Origin: an uncultured candidate division Zixibacteria bacterium | GTDB taxonomy: Bacteria > Zixibacteria > MSB-5A5 > UBA10806 | Direction of reading: 5' to 3' | Length of the DNA stretch: 64,000 nucleotides | NCBI GenBank assembly: GCA_963817915.1 | Contig: CAWFQL010000009.1 | Coordinates: 128,001-192,000 of the forward strand | In this document: positions 1-11,123 of the stretch, one piece after another | Layout of the letters: the number at the start of each line of letters is the position of its first letter | Position numbering within the stretch: position 1 is the first letter of the stretch | The notes under the pieces: model-generated | Told to the model about the DNA's origin: nothing | The model's input: the letters and a program-made list of their open reading frames with translations, nothing else | The model's database searches: none | Program-made: the position numbers and the translations under genes

Positions 1-1182
1 TTTATCGGCTCTCATTCCAAAAAACTTGGTAATTTTCCTGTCACCAATATCAGAATATCATTCGGCACTGAGATTGAAGCGATTAATTATCTGATTTCAA
101 AATTAAGAGGATTATCCGCCGAATCAATCCCCGCAATTAAATCCGGCGAAAAATTATTGGATGATCTTGCCATTGATATAAAGAATACTTCAAAAGTTCA
201 TATTATCGCGGGAAATGAATTTCTAAATCATTATAATAGACAATCATTGCTCGCAAAACTCATTGACCTGAATACAGAGACAAAATGTAAATTGTCATTA
301 TTGGCTCCTCAGGGGAATTTCCTTGGCGTATCGCATTTGGGGCTATACGGCGGCACCGAAAATTCATTTGAAAAAATTCTTTCTCGAATCGAATCGGGAG
401 AGATTAAAACCTTAATGATTTTCGGTGCAAATCCGTTGGATGAGTATTATGATCGAAAATATGTTCATGACGCGCTGAAAAAATTAGAATTCCTGATTGT
501 CTGTACACCATTAATGAATCCTACAGCCGCGATGGCGGCGTTGGTCTGTCCTCTTCCGACATTGCCATATTATGGAGGGACATTCATCAATATCGAAGGC
601 AGGATTCAGCAATTCCAGCCGATGACTGAACTTGGTTCGGATGATATAAAGCCCGCCTGGGCCATATTAAGCGACATCTCTGAAATGTTGGGATTGGGAG
701 CTGTCTGGCATCACGAATTGCAAATTAGAATGGATATAGCCAAGAATATCAAAGGACTCGAAAGCTTAGCCTCGATACCGACTGAAGGCCTTTTGATCAA
801 TTTTAAAAATAATGAGATTAAGACTTCGGCATCGGAGAAATTGCCAATTCCCAAAGCTCCGGCGGATTACCCCTATATTCTGCAATATTCACCATCGGTG
901 CATCATTCAGGTTGGATGACTCAAAAATCCGAAAATCTGATGCGAATTAGTGGCACACAATATATGTGTATTAACCCAGCTGATGCCGCCAGAGAGCAGA
1001 TTTTAGAGGGCCATATGGCCAGGATCGGAGTTGAAGACACCGCTATAAATCTACCGGCGCATATTACTGATGATGTAAACAAAGGGGAGATATTGGTGAT
1101 TAATTCTTTCCCTGATAATACAGTCAATCGTTTGATGAAGCGCGGCAAATTAACCACCTTCGTCTCGGTGAGAAAGAACTGA
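1..1182 (+). CDS. nuoG: NADH-quinone oxidoreductase subunit G, C-terminal part (5'-truncated by window; molybdopterin-oxidoreductase-like long form)
   Basis: Frame is open from base 1. Motifs 'IFGANPL', 'GGTFINIEGRIQ' and domain-IV-like 'INPADAA...GEILV'. Stop overlaps the nuoH start. Confidence 0.8.
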   Translation, partial: FIGSHSKKLGNFPVTNIRISFGTEIEAINYLISKLRGLSAESIPAIKSGEKLLDDLAIDIKNTSKVHIIAGNEFLNHYNRQSLLAKLIDLNTETKCKLSLLAPQGNFLGVSHLGLYGGTENSFEKILSRIESGEIKTLMIFGANPLDEYYDRKYVHDALKKLEFLIVCTPLMNPTAAMAALVCPLPTLPYYGGTFINIEGRIQQFQPMTELGSDDIKPAWAILSDISEMLGLGAVWHHELQIRMDIAKNIKGLESLASIPTEGLLINFKNNEIKTSASEKLPIPKAPADYPYILQYSPSVHHSGWMTQKSENLMRISGTQYMCINPADAAREQILEGHMARIGVEDTAINLPAHITDDVNKGEILVINSFPDNTVNRLMKRGKLTTFVSVRKN

Positions 1183-2186
1183 TGATTTTAGGTATTATAA
1201 TAGTCCTCATTAAGGTGGCTGTGATATTCGCGGGCCTTATGACTGCGATTGCATACTCCACATACCTCGAACGGAAAGTGGTGGCTCATATTCAGCATAG
1301 AATGGGGCCGAATACGGTCGGGCCGCTCGGCCTGATGCAGCCAATTGCCGATGCTGTCAAGCTGCTTTTCAAAGAAGAGATCCGGCCTGCCTTCGTGGCT
1401 CCATATTTTTATACTCTGGCTCCAATATTATCATTTGTGGTTGCCAGTATGGCTATCGCGGTAGTTCCGGTTGGTGATTTTATTCAAATCGGAGATCAGC
1501 GAATCGAATTATTGATATCCAATCTGAATGTCGCCATCCTATATATTCTCGCCGTGTCTTCGCTGGGCGTTTATGGAATAGTACTGGCGGGCTGGTCATC
1601 CAATTCAAAATACTCATTATTGGGCGGCATAAGGTCATCGGCGCAGATGATGAGTTACGAAGTTTCTCTCGGTTTGGGATTGATCGGTGTGTTGCTTCTA
1701 AGCCAGACATTCTCATTGGCTGAGATTGTCCGACAGCAATCAGGGTCGATATTCAATTGGTATATATTCAAGCAGCCAGTAGCTTTTTTCGTATATTTTA
1801 TTTCGGCTATTGCTGAGACAAATCGTTCGCCATTCGATCTGCCAGAAGCTGAATCGGAATTGGTTGCCGGATATCATACTGAATATTCAGGTATGCGATT
1901 CGCTCTATTTTATCTGGGCGAATATGCAAATATGCTGACTGTCAGCGCAATCGCCGCGAGTGTATTTTTCGGCGGCTGGAATGGTCCTTTCCTGCCGCAC
2001 TGGATATGGTTCGTAATAAAAGTCGCGACATTCATATTTATATATGTCTGGATCAGAGGGACATTGCCGAGATTTAGATATGACCAATTGATGAAATTCG
2101 GATGGATGGTCATGTTCCCGATAGGGTTGCTCAATATTATTATCACATCGTTTTTGATAGCGATTGGTTTGGTAGGAGGACAATAG
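1182..2186 (+). CDS. nuoH: NADH-quinone oxidoreductase subunit H
   Basis: ERKV..IQ.R.GP, QPIADAVKL, AETNRSPFDLPEAESELVAGYHTEYSG, LPRFRYDQLM. Confidence 0.98.
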   Translation: MILGIIIVLIKVAVIFAGLMTAIAYSTYLERKVVAHIQHRMGPNTVGPLGLMQPIADAVKLLFKEEIRPAFVAPYFYTLAPILSFVVASMAIAVVPVGDFIQIGDQRIELLISNLNVAILYILAVSSLGVYGIVLAGWSSNSKYSLLGGIRSSAQMMSYEVSLGLGLIGVLLLSQTFSLAEIVRQQSGSIFNWYIFKQPVAFFVYFISAIAETNRSPFDLPEAESELVAGYHTEYSGMRFALFYLGEYANMLTVSAIAASVFFGGWNGPFLPHWIWFVIKVATFIFIYVWIRGTLPRFRYDQLMKFGWMVMFPIGLLNIIITSFLIAIGLVGGQ

Positions 2187-2190
2187 CACT

Positions 2191-2711
2191 ATGTGGCATA
2201 CATTAAAATCGGTCTTCCTCGCAATCCCCAAAGGGATGTCTATTACATTCCGCTATTTGCTGAGAAAACCGGTTACCGAGCAATATCCGAATAAGACCGG
2301 CCGCAGTTCGAAGATCGTTACCGTGGCTTGCATTATTTGACCCGTTACGCCGATGGTTCCGAACGGTGTGTTTGCTGTGGCTTGTGCGCTGCGGCCTGTC
2401 CCGTTGATTGCATTTATATGGAGCCCGCGGAAACCGAGAATGGTATTCGATATGCCAAAGTTTATGAAATCAACGAATTGCGTTGTATTTTTTGCGGTAT
2501 GTGCGAAGAAGCCTGCCCCGAGGAAGCTATCTTCTTGGGCCATGAATTCGAATTTTCTAATTACAATCGCGATAGCTTCTTATATACTAAAGAAATGCTG
2601 CTGGCGAATTTCGATAATATCGAAAAAAATCGGGTTGCCAAGAAAATTAAACCATTGACCAGGACTGAAAGACAGGAATTCAAGACCCCGGCCGCGCCAA
2701 TAGGACATTAA
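2191..2711 (+). CDS. nuoI: NADH-quinone oxidoreductase subunit I (apparent 1-nt deletion near 2297, probably a sequencing error)
   Basis: ATG 2191 gives MWHTLKSV...KPVTEQYP. It continues in another frame as [14 protein letters not shown] with two CxxCxxCxxxCP motifs. Confidence 0.93.
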
Positions 2712-2792
2712 AACACGATTCTTGGATTTTATCATGCGGGAAAGTATGTGCAAAATTAATAAGGGAAATGTAGTCGACCTTAGGATAGATTG

Positions 2793-3365
2793 ATGAGCCA
2801 GGTAATATTTTTTGTTCTCGCATTTATCGCAGTAGCTTCCGCGCTTCTTCTCGTAACGCGCAAAAGCCCGTTAACATCGGCTCTATATCTTATAGTAACT
2901 ATGTGTTCTCTGGCAGGGCTTTTCGCGCTGCTTGGCGCAATATTCCTTGCTGCTTTGCAAGTTATAGTTTACGCGGGCGCAATCATGGTATTGTTCTTAT
3001 TTGTCATAATGCTTTTAAATCTGCGCACCGATGAATTCAGCGCCGATCTTCATAAAATGCAAAAATATCTCGGTATGGCATTTGCGCTCATAATTCTTCT
3101 TCAAACAGTGTTTATAGTAGTTTGGGCTACCAACGATTTTCCCTCTAATGCAAAAATGACGACTGAATTTACTCAAGGGATTGAGACGCCGATTCCAGAT
3201 TCAACAGCTGATTACAGTTCGGCTGAAACAGTAGCTGAAACATTGTTCACCCAATTTTCCTATCCATTTGAGATTACATCGATACTGCTTCTGGCTGCGA
3301 TTGTCGGGGCAGTGGTGATTGCCAAACGAAAAGGATTTGGCGAGCCGGGGGAGGAAAAAGACTAA
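2793..3365 (+). CDS. nuoJ: NADH-quinone oxidoreductase subunit J
   Basis: [40 protein letters not shown]; operon position. Confidence 0.97.
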   Translation: MSQVIFFVLAFIAVASALLLVTRKSPLTSALYLIVTMCSLAGLFALLGAIFLAALQVIVYAGAIMVLFLFVIMLLNLRTDEFSADLHKMQKYLGMAFALIILLQTVFIVVWATNDFPSNAKMTTEFTQGIETPIPDSTADYSSAETVAETLFTQFSYPFEITSILLLAAIVGAVVIAKRKGFGEPGEEKD

Positions 3366-3733
3366 TGGTTCCTTTGCAGTATTACATATTTTTATCCGCT
3401 ATCTTATTCTCCATTGGTGTCTGGGGAGTTTTAAAATCCCGAAATGCGATAGTGATATTCATGGCGATTGAATTGATGCTTAATGCTGTCAACCTTTCGA
3501 TTATAGCGTTTTCGAGCCATATGAGATCGATATTGTATAATCTGGCGCCATCGATACCGTCGGAAACCTTCTCCAATTTGCTGAGAACAGCTACTTCCTC
3601 CGGCCAAGTTTTTGTTTTTCTAATTATGACGGTCGCGGCGGCCGAGGCGGCTGTCGGACTGGCAATAATCATATCAATCCATCGTGTGAAAGATTCTATT
3701 AACGTTGATGATGTCAATATTATGAAATGGTGA
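3365..3733 (+). CDS. nuoK: NADH-quinone oxidoreductase subunit K (with ~20-aa loop insertion)
   Basis: [23 protein letters not shown]. Confidence 0.97.
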   Translation: MVPLQYYIFLSAILFSIGVWGVLKSRNAIVIFMAIELMLNAVNLSIIAFSSHMRSILYNLAPSIPSETFSNLLRTATSSGQVFVFLIMTVAAAEAAVGLAIIISIHRVKDSINVDDVNIMKW

Positions 3734-3737
3734 CCTG

Positions 3738-5690
3738 ATGTCTGCTGATAGTATTAAATTAATTGTAAAATTCGTCCCGCTTTTCCCGTTAATCGGATTT
3801 TTGATTAATGGCCTTTTTAACAGGCGCATCTCAGAGAAAATCGCGGGACTAATAGGTTCAGCAAGCATCGGTTTATCATTTATATTCTCGGTCTGGGCAT
3901 TCTTTCTATTGACCGGCTTGCCTGAAAACGCGCGTTCGATTCAAGCGACCTGGTTTGACTGGATAATTTCGGGCACATTCGCGACATCGATATCATTCCT
4001 TTATGATCCGCTATCAGCCGTAATGATGCTGGTCGTTACCGGTGTCGGATTCTTGATTCATGTCTATTCGATTGGGTATATGCATAAGGATGGGGGAGTA
4101 GGACGCTACTTCGCCTATCTAAATTTATTTACTTTCTCGATGCTGATGCTGGTAATGGCCAATAATCTCCTACTATTATATTTAGGCTGGGAAGGTGTCG
4201 GGCTTTGCAGTTATTTATTAATTGGATTCTGGTTTCATAAAAAATCTGCCGCTGACGCCGGCAAGAAAGCATTTATCGTAAATCGTATCGGCGATTTCGG
4301 ATTTGCTCTGGGTCTAATGCTTTTGTTCTGGACTCTTTCTGCGGCGGGCAAACCTACAATCAACCTTACTGAAATCAGCCAATTGGCCCCAGAAGTCCTG
4401 GCCGGTACCGGTGTCGTGACATTAATAACTCTGCTGCTATTCCTTGGTGCAACTGGCAAATCGGCTCAATTGCCACTTTATGTATGGTTGCCGGATGCCA
4501 TGGAAGGCCCCACGCCGGTCTCGGCGTTGATCCACGCCGCCACCATGGTCACCGCCGGTGTCTATATGGTTTGTCGTTTATCGGCATTGTATACGCTGGC
4601 GCCATTCACGATGATGGTAGTTGCTATCGTAGGTGCGGCGACCGCGCTATTCGCGGCGACTATCGGGACTGTCCAAAATGATATCAAACGAGTCCTTGCC
4701 TATTCGACAATCAGTCAATTGGGATATATGTTCCTTGCCTGTGGCGTCGGTGCATTTGCCAGCGGCATTTTCCATCTAATGACTCACGCGTTTTTCAAGG
4801 CTCTTCTCTTCATGGGAGCTGGTTCGGTTATGCATGCGCTTTCCGGCGAATTGGATATGAGAAAAATGGGTGGATTAAAAAAATACTTGCCCATGACATA
4901 TTTTACCATGTTCGTAGGCACTCTGGCGATATCAGGCGTTCCGTTTTTCTCCGGATTCTTCTCCAAAGATGAAATCCTCTATCAGGCGTTTGTATCGCCA
5001 CAGGGAAGTATCATTCTATGGGCAGTTGGACTTGTGGCTGCGATACTGACCGCCTTCTACATGTTTAGATTGCTCTTTATGACATTCTTCGGCAATTCGC
5101 GACTTGATCCAGAAGTCGAAAAACATGTGCATGAATCACCCAAGGTAATGACATATCCGCTTGTCGTTCTCGCGATACTCGCATTTATCGGTGGATATAT
5201 CGGTCTTGGCCCGGCAATGGGTGGTGGCGCCTGGTTCGAGAAATTCTTAAGCCCAGTATTTGGCGGTGAACATCAGGTGGCCACGGAGGCGTTACCCGCG
5301 ACTCATATGATAGAATATTTACTGGTTTTTGCGTCGATTTTGGCCGCTGGCGTGGGAATCTATATTGCATATCAATTTTATATTAAAAATCCATCTGCTC
5401 CGAAGCGGCTCGCGGAACGATTCAGCGGACTATATACCGTTGTCGTAAATAAATATTATGTGGATGAATTCTATAACGCTGTCATTGTCCAGCCGCTGAT
5501 TACCATCGCGCTATTCTTCTGGAAAATCACCGATGTCCGTATCGTAGACGGATTCGCCAATGGCGCCGCGGCGTTGATTGGAAAAATTTCCGGCAAATTC
5601 AGGTATGTACAGAGCGGATTTGTAAGAAATTACGCCCTGATATTCGTAATTGGAGTTGTCGCGCTTTTGAGTTTCGTATTGCTGAAGTAG
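3738..5690 (+). CDS. nuoL: NADH-quinone oxidoreductase subunit L
   Basis: GWEGVGLCSYLLIGFW, KSAQLPLYVWLPDAMEGPTPVSALIHAATMV, THAFFKALLF. Confidence 0.98.
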   Translation: MSADSIKLIVKFVPLFPLIGFLINGLFNRRISEKIAGLIGSASIGLSFIFSVWAFFLLTGLPENARSIQATWFDWIISGTFATSISFLYDPLSAVMMLVVTGVGFLIHVYSIGYMHKDGGVGRYFAYLNLFTFSMLMLVMANNLLLLYLGWEGVGLCSYLLIGFWFHKKSAADAGKKAFIVNRIGDFGFALGLMLLFWTLSAAGKPTINLTEISQLAPEVLAGTGVVTLITLLLFLGATGKSAQLPLYVWLPDAMEGPTPVSALIHAATMVTAGVYMVCRLSALYTLAPFTMMVVAIVGAATALFAATIGTVQNDIKRVLAYSTISQLGYMFLACGVGAFASGIFHLMTHAFFKALLFMGAGSVMHALSGELDMRKMGGLKKYLPMTYFTMFVGTLAISGVPFFSGFFSKDEILYQAFVSPQGSIILWAVGLVAAILTAFYMFRLLFMTFFGNSRLDPEVEKHVHESPKVMTYPLVVLAILAFIGGYIGLGPAMGGGAWFEKFLSPVFGGEHQVATEALPATHMIEYLLVFASILAAGVGIYIAYQFYIKNPSAPKRLAERFSGLYTVVVNKYYVDEFYNAVIVQPLITIALFFWKITDVRIVDGFANGAAALIGKISGKFRYVQSGFVRNYALIFVIGVVALLSFVLLK

Positions 5691-5746
5691 AGGAAATGAG
5701 ATACTCGATATTCAAGGATGATAAATGATAAAGGAATATTGTTAAC

Positions 5747-7306
5747 ATGACTTGGCCCATTCTTTCATGGATCGTATTTCTTCCGCTTTTGGGCGTGCTT
5801 GCGATATTACTGACCGGCAAGACTCGCATCAATGCTATTCGCTGGACGGCGCTGGCTGTATCATTTTTGGATTTTATCCTGACCATAATAGTATTTCAGA
5901 ATTTTAGTTCAGCTAATGTCGAAATGCAATTTCGCGATGGTCCTATAGTCTGGATTAAATCCCTGGGCATCACATACAGCCTGGGTGTCGATGGTATATC
6001 ATTGCTGCTCGTAATCCTTACTCCATTTCTTTCGATAATAGCAATCGCCTCTACCTGGAATGCTGTTCGCGATAAGGTAAAGGGATTCATGATATCAATG
6101 CTGATGCTCGAAACCGGCATGCTGGGCGTATTTCTCGCCACCGATCTGTTTCTATTCTATCTTTTCTGGGAAACAATGCTAATTCCCATGTATTTCCTGA
6201 TCGGCATCTGGGGCGGTCCGAGAAAAATATATGCCGCTATCAAATTTGTGCTTTTCACGATGTTCGGTTCTCTACTGATGCTTCTGGCAATTATCAAGCT
6301 CTATTTGATGACATCAGCTGATGCCGTAAGCAGAACTACCGATCTTGCGACAATTATGAATATGCCCATACCTAAAGATCTCCAGGTAATTCTATTCCTG
6401 GCTTTCGGGCTCGCATTTGCTATTAAGGTGCCGCTTTTCCCATTTCATACCTGGCTCCCGGACGCCCACGTCGAGGCGCCGACAGCGGGTTCTATTATAC
6501 TTGCGGGAGTCTTGCTGAAAATGGGGACTTATGGTTTTTTGAGATTTTGTCTGCCGCTATTTCCTCAGGCGGCAGTTCAATTCGTACCGTTGATTTCAAT
6601 TCTGGCTTTAATAGGTATCATATATGGCGCTTTGGTGGCCATGGTTCAAAAGGACGTTAAATCGCTGGTGGCTTATTCGTCCGTGGCGCATCTCGGATTT
6701 GTGATGTTGGGAATGTTCGCGTTGAACGAACAGGGGATTACGGGCTCGATCATCCAAATGGTAAATCATGGCATCACAACTGGCGCACTGTTCCTATTGG
6801 TTGGCATGATCTACGAAAGACGGCATACAAGGCTGATATCCGATTTCGGTGGTGTGGCTCATGTAATGCCTTTTTATGCATCTGTATTCATGATCGTTAC
6901 TCTGGCATCTATCGGGTTGCCCGGCACCAATGGTTTTGTCGGAGAATTCCTGATTCTGCTGGGGACATTCAAATCCAACATCACATATGCCGTTATCGGA
7001 ACAGCCGGAATAGTGCTCGCCGCTGTTTATATGTTATGGATGGTTCAACGGGTATTCTTTGGTGTATGCGAAAAAGACGAAAATAAAAAATTGTTGGATC
7101 TCAGTTTGATCGAAAAAATAATCATCGTTCCATTGATAATTGTTGTCTTTTGGATCGGTTTTTATCCCAGAACTTTCATTGATAAAATTGAGCCATCCGT
7201 AAAGCATGTTATCGAGTCAATGGAACTGAAGAACAAAACAATCTCCATTGACGATATAAATCCCAACATTAAACTGACTCAAAATAATAATGGTGATAAC
7301 CAATGA
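5747..7306 (+). CDS. nuoM: NADH-quinone oxidoreductase subunit M
   Basis: KVPLFPFHTWLPDAHVEAPTAGS, LLKMGTYG, GLPGTNGFVGEF. Confidence 0.98.
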   Translation: MTWPILSWIVFLPLLGVLAILLTGKTRINAIRWTALAVSFLDFILTIIVFQNFSSANVEMQFRDGPIVWIKSLGITYSLGVDGISLLLVILTPFLSIIAIASTWNAVRDKVKGFMISMLMLETGMLGVFLATDLFLFYLFWETMLIPMYFLIGIWGGPRKIYAAIKFVLFTMFGSLLMLLAIIKLYLMTSADAVSRTTDLATIMNMPIPKDLQVILFLAFGLAFAIKVPLFPFHTWLPDAHVEAPTAGSIILAGVLLKMGTYGFLRFCLPLFPQAAVQFVPLISILALIGIIYGALVAMVQKDVKSLVAYSSVAHLGFVMLGMFALNEQGITGSIIQMVNHGITTGALFLLVGMIYERRHTRLISDFGGVAHVMPFYASVFMIVTLASIGLPGTNGFVGEFLILLGTFKSNITYAVIGTAGIVLAAVYMLWMVQRVFFGVCEKDENKKLLDLSLIEKIIIVPLIIVVFWIGFYPRTFIDKIEPSVKHVIESMELKNKTISIDDINPNIKLTQNNNGDNQ

Positions 7307-8772
7307 CACCCGAATGGCAGATAATCTCTCCTGAAATTGCGATATTGGCGACCGCCGTCATTATCTTGATAATTGATTTATTCGTTAGCAAACATCGCTC
7401 ATTGGTTATTACGGGCGTAAGCTTTATCGGCGTGATTGTCGCTTTGCTGTTGGCTTTTGCCAATTCACCGATTATGAAGACAGGATTCAATAATTCTGTC
7501 GCCAGTGATCCTATCGGCTTTTATTTCAAAATTATTTTCTGTCTTGGAACTCTGCTGACAATTTTCATTTCATCTACTTATGTAAACAGAGAATTGAAAA
7601 GCACCGGCGAATATTACTTCCTGGTTTTTATAGCGACATTCGGAATGATGGTAATGGCTACATCGCTCGACCTGATTACGATATTCCTCGGGCTCGAAGT
7701 CATGAGCATTCCGCTGTATGTGCTTGCAGGTATTCACCGCGACAGGCCTCGTTCCCGCGAAGCCGCGATGAAGTATTTTCTCCTGGGGGCGTTCTCGTCA
7801 GGATTCTTGCTATACGGGATTACCCTCATATTCGGAGCATATGGCACTACAAACCTGATCACGCTTAGCCAAAGGTTCGAATTCGGGTATGCCTATAGCG
7901 AGATTCTTTCGCTGGCCGGATTGGTCTTGGTGCTTATAGGAATCGGCTTTAAGGTCGGCATGGCGCCGTTCCATATGTGGATTCCCGATGTTTACGAAGG
8001 CGCTCCTGCTCCAGTAACAGCTTTCATGTCTGCCGGTCCCAAGGCCGCTGGATTTGCGGCCTTATTCAGGATTGTAACCCTTTATGCGCCGACAGTGAGT
8101 GATAATTTTACAACCATTCTCTGGATTTTGGCCGCCGTTACAATGACATGGGGAAATATTCTTGCCATCTCCCAGCAAAATATCAAACGCATGCTGGCAT
8201 ATTCATCCATAGCCCATGCCGGGTATATTCTGGTGGCTCTTACGGCAGGCGGAGCGAATGGAATTTCGGCTGGTATATTCTATTTGCTTGTCTATACGCT
8301 AATGAACATCGGCGCATTCGCTATAATTGTCCTTCTCGCCGGAAAAGGGGAGAAGTTCGATAATATTAAGGATTATGCCGGATTAGGCATCAAATATCCA
8401 TTCGCCGGATTTGCTATGACTATTTTCATGCTTTCGCTATCCGGCATTCCAGCTACTGCCGGATTCATAGGAAAATATAAGATTTTCATTTCCGCGATCG
8501 ATTCCGGATTTGTCTGGCTGGCTATAATAGGTATTATCAATAGCCTGATCTCGGTTTGGTATTATTTTGGCGTTATTGTTACAATGTTCATGAAGCCTGA
8601 AACTGATGCCAAAATTGAAATGACGATGAGTCCATCATTAATGATAGTAATTCTGGTTTCAGTCATCGGTATCCTGGCTTTGGGACTTTTCCCCAGAGAT
8701 TGGATAAATCTTTCGGACCTCGCCGGCCAATTTCTTAATTCTGATGTTCTAAATCGCACAATCATGAAATAG
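7303..8772 (+). CDS. nuoN: NADH-quinone oxidoreductase subunit N
   Basis: EAAMKYFLLG, FKVGMAPFHMWIPDVYEGAP, KRMLAYSSIAHAGY. Confidence 0.98.
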   Translation: MTPEWQIISPEIAILATAVIILIIDLFVSKHRSLVITGVSFIGVIVALLLAFANSPIMKTGFNNSVASDPIGFYFKIIFCLGTLLTIFISSTYVNRELKSTGEYYFLVFIATFGMMVMATSLDLITIFLGLEVMSIPLYVLAGIHRDRPRSREAAMKYFLLGAFSSGFLLYGITLIFGAYGTTNLITLSQRFEFGYAYSEILSLAGLVLVLIGIGFKVGMAPFHMWIPDVYEGAPAPVTAFMSAGPKAAGFAALFRIVTLYAPTVSDNFTTILWILAAVTMTWGNILAISQQNIKRMLAYSSIAHAGYILVALTAGGANGISAGIFYLLVYTLMNIGAFAIIVLLAGKGEKFDNIKDYAGLGIKYPFAGFAMTIFMLSLSGIPATAGFIGKYKIFISAIDSGFVWLAIIGIINSLISVWYYFGVIVTMFMKPETDAKIEMTMSPSLMIVILVSVIGILALGLFPRDWINLSDLAGQFLNSDVLNRTIMK

Positions 8773-8923
8773 CCTTAACCTTCAACGGGTTAACGCATTA
8801 AATATATCCCGCCGAGTCCTCTTAGTAAAAATAACGATTTGCATAATAATTTCGCTTGACATTTTTTTCACAATCTATCATTTTATAGAGTGAAAGGGAC
8901 ATTTTGACGAAGGGTGGTGGATT

Positions 8924-9342
8924 ATGAGAACTTCAACAAGATTTTTGAATCAAGAGGTCAGGCAGCACGGCTATCGAATGACTCGTCAGAGGGGCATTGT
9001 TCTTGAAGAGCTTTCGAAGACAAAAGAACATCCCAAGGCCGATGAGATCTATCAGATGGTGAGACGAAGACTCCCCAATATATCATTCGGCACCGTGTAC
9101 CGAAATCTCAGATTATTGCAGGAATTAGGCTTCGTTCGTGAGCTCAATTTCGGCAAGAATTTCTCCCGTTTTGATGCCAACGCATCCAATCATCAGCATT
9201 TCACATGCAAGGAGTGCGGTAAGGTTATGGATGTTGATGAGGCGCTGGCCGTTTCCACAATGGAGTCGAGGTTAATGGAAGGCCGATGTCGGTTACTGAT
9301 TTCAGGCTCGAATTTTACGGATTGTGCCCTGATTGTCAATAA
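8924..9342 (+). CDS. Fur/PerR-family transcriptional regulator (frameshift ~9245-9290)
   Basis: TRQR, HPKADEIY, GTVYRNL, HQHFTCKECG. An alternate frame supplies the canonical end RLEFYGLCPDCQ* at 9342. Confidence 0.92.
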
Positions 9343-9391
9343 CTCCGACAGGTATTTTCATCCCATTTCATCCTCGGCTTGAAGAAATGGC

Positions 9392-9419
9392 TTGACTTGC
9401 CGATTAATCGAAATATATT
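9392..9419 (+). promoter_or_regulatory. sigma70-like promoter for tRNA-Ala
   Basis: TTGACT-16nt-TATATT. Confidence 0.55.
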
Positions 9420-9513
9420 TCGCAACGATTTAATCTGGTAGGAAAAAGGCTGATACCAGATATTGTTCTTTGAAATAGCTTTTGCGCGTATTTTAAAATA
9501 CGCAATTGAATTT

Positions 9514-9586
9514 GGGGCCGTAGTTCAGTTGGGAGAACGCCTGAATGGCATTCAGGAGGTCAGGGGTTCGACCCCCCTCGGCTCCA
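9514..9586 (+). tRNA. tRNA-Ala(GGC), no encoded CCA
   Basis: Acceptor GGGGCCG/CGGCTCC with G3:U70, anticodon arm CCTGA-ATGGCAT-TCAGG, T-loop GGTTCGA. Confidence 0.97.
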
Positions 9587-9693
9587 TATATTTTTTGTGG
9601 AAAATATTTGATCATTTTTAGATCTCATTGATATATCAGGTCTTTAAAATATTTTATTGACATAACATAGTAGTGTCTATTATCTTTAATTAA

Positions 9694-10752
9694 ATGATTG
9701 AAAATAGATTCTTGATTTTTGCTATTATATTATCATTGGTATTGGTTCCACTTATAACTAATGCTCAATCATCAAATACAAGCGCGAACTTTTTAAGAAA
9801 TAGCCCTGATGCCCGTGGACGAGCCCTGGCTCAGGGTGGAAGTGTCTATTCAAGCGGTGCCATATCGGCGTATTACAATCCGGCAAATTTGGTTAGCAGC
9901 GGTATTATTTCTGTTGAAGGCAGTTATTGCAAGATATTACCACAGCTTGCGGATGATTTATCATTTAAAAGCATTTATGTCGCAAGCAACCTCGGCGAAT
10001 GGGGAACATATGGTATAAGCTATAATTATTTTGACTATGGTGAATTTATTCTTCAAGATGAAAATGGGATTAATTGGCAGTTTTGACATGTATGAATCGG
10101 CATTGGCATTTTATGGCGCATATGAATTTACTCATAATTTTCAATTGGAGTGGGATTGAAATATATCCAATCCCATATAATGCCGCTTCAGGCGGGCGAT
10201 AATGACAACGGGTCGTCAAAGGGAATTGATATTGGAATTCGATCCCTGAATAATTTCCCGGATTTAACTTTGGCAAAAGACCTAAACACCGAATCAGATG
10301 ATAATAAAGAATCGCAAAATCAAGACGGCTTGGGATTATCATTTGGTGTTTCCGTAATGAATTTGGGTTCGGGTATACCTTATTTCAAAGGGGCAAAAGC
10401 GGATCCTCTTCCAACAATACTTCGTATTGCTGCAGGATATACCGCGATTCAAAAGCGAGAATGCGAAATGAGAATTACTCTGGATGCCGTCAAATTTCTG
10501 GTCGATGAGAAAGAGACTATCTGGCATTTTGGAATTGAATCTAACTTTTATGGGTTGTTCGCCCTAAGGGCAGGCAATAAATACGATAAGGCCGGTCACA
10601 CCCGTTATTGGGCTGCCGGCGCCGGACTTGGACCATCCTGGCTTCATGCCGATTTTTCCTATATATTTAAGAGCGACGAAGCAGGGAATAGAAATGGCGG
10701 CGAATATGGTATTTCCATCGCCTGCAATATCAGCCCAAATGCCTTTAGATAA
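9694..10752 (+). CDS. PorV/PorQ-family outer-membrane beta-barrel (T9SS shuttle-like), split by frameshift ~10070
   Basis: Signal peptide, then FL...PDARGRALAQ...AYYNPANL (PorV N-terminal signature), DPLPTILRI, FALRAG. An alternate frame bridges the two ORFs (LIGSFDMYESALAF...GVGLKYI). Confidence 0.82.
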
Positions 10753-11123
10753 TTCAGGAGAAATTGATCCGATTGAATCAAATAATCAAAAACTGGTTTT
10801 GACCAGACTGTAATTCGTAAAACTGGCTACATCATATAATAAAAAAAATCCCCTCTTATCGGAAAGAAGATTGATCTCATCATTTTATGATTTGGACCGG
10901 GAAAGCCTTCTATCCTTGCTTCCAGTAAATCCTTTGAAGCGTTTTGCATTAACCCCATAGCCAATATGCCAGATATTACTTATACGATCGGTGACGCGTA
11001 TTTAGAAAAGTATTACCCCTTTATTTCCGTAGTGCCTGTCGGCCAAACGCGTCGCCGCGCAACGAGCGATAAATATGCCGAGTGCCCCCGTTCTAATTAT
11101 ATTTTAGGCGCGAAATGACCGGG

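Noticed and set aside
10084..10086. Selenocysteine or stop readthrough at the TGA in porV (and similar breaks)
   Set aside because: The continuation is in a different frame, so this is an indel rather than recoding.
11041..11110. Possible attC site downstream of the minus-strand orphan gene (GCCTAAA...GTTTGGC)
   Set aside because: The ends do not match RYYYAAC/GTTRRRY, internal pairing is poor, and no integrase is present.
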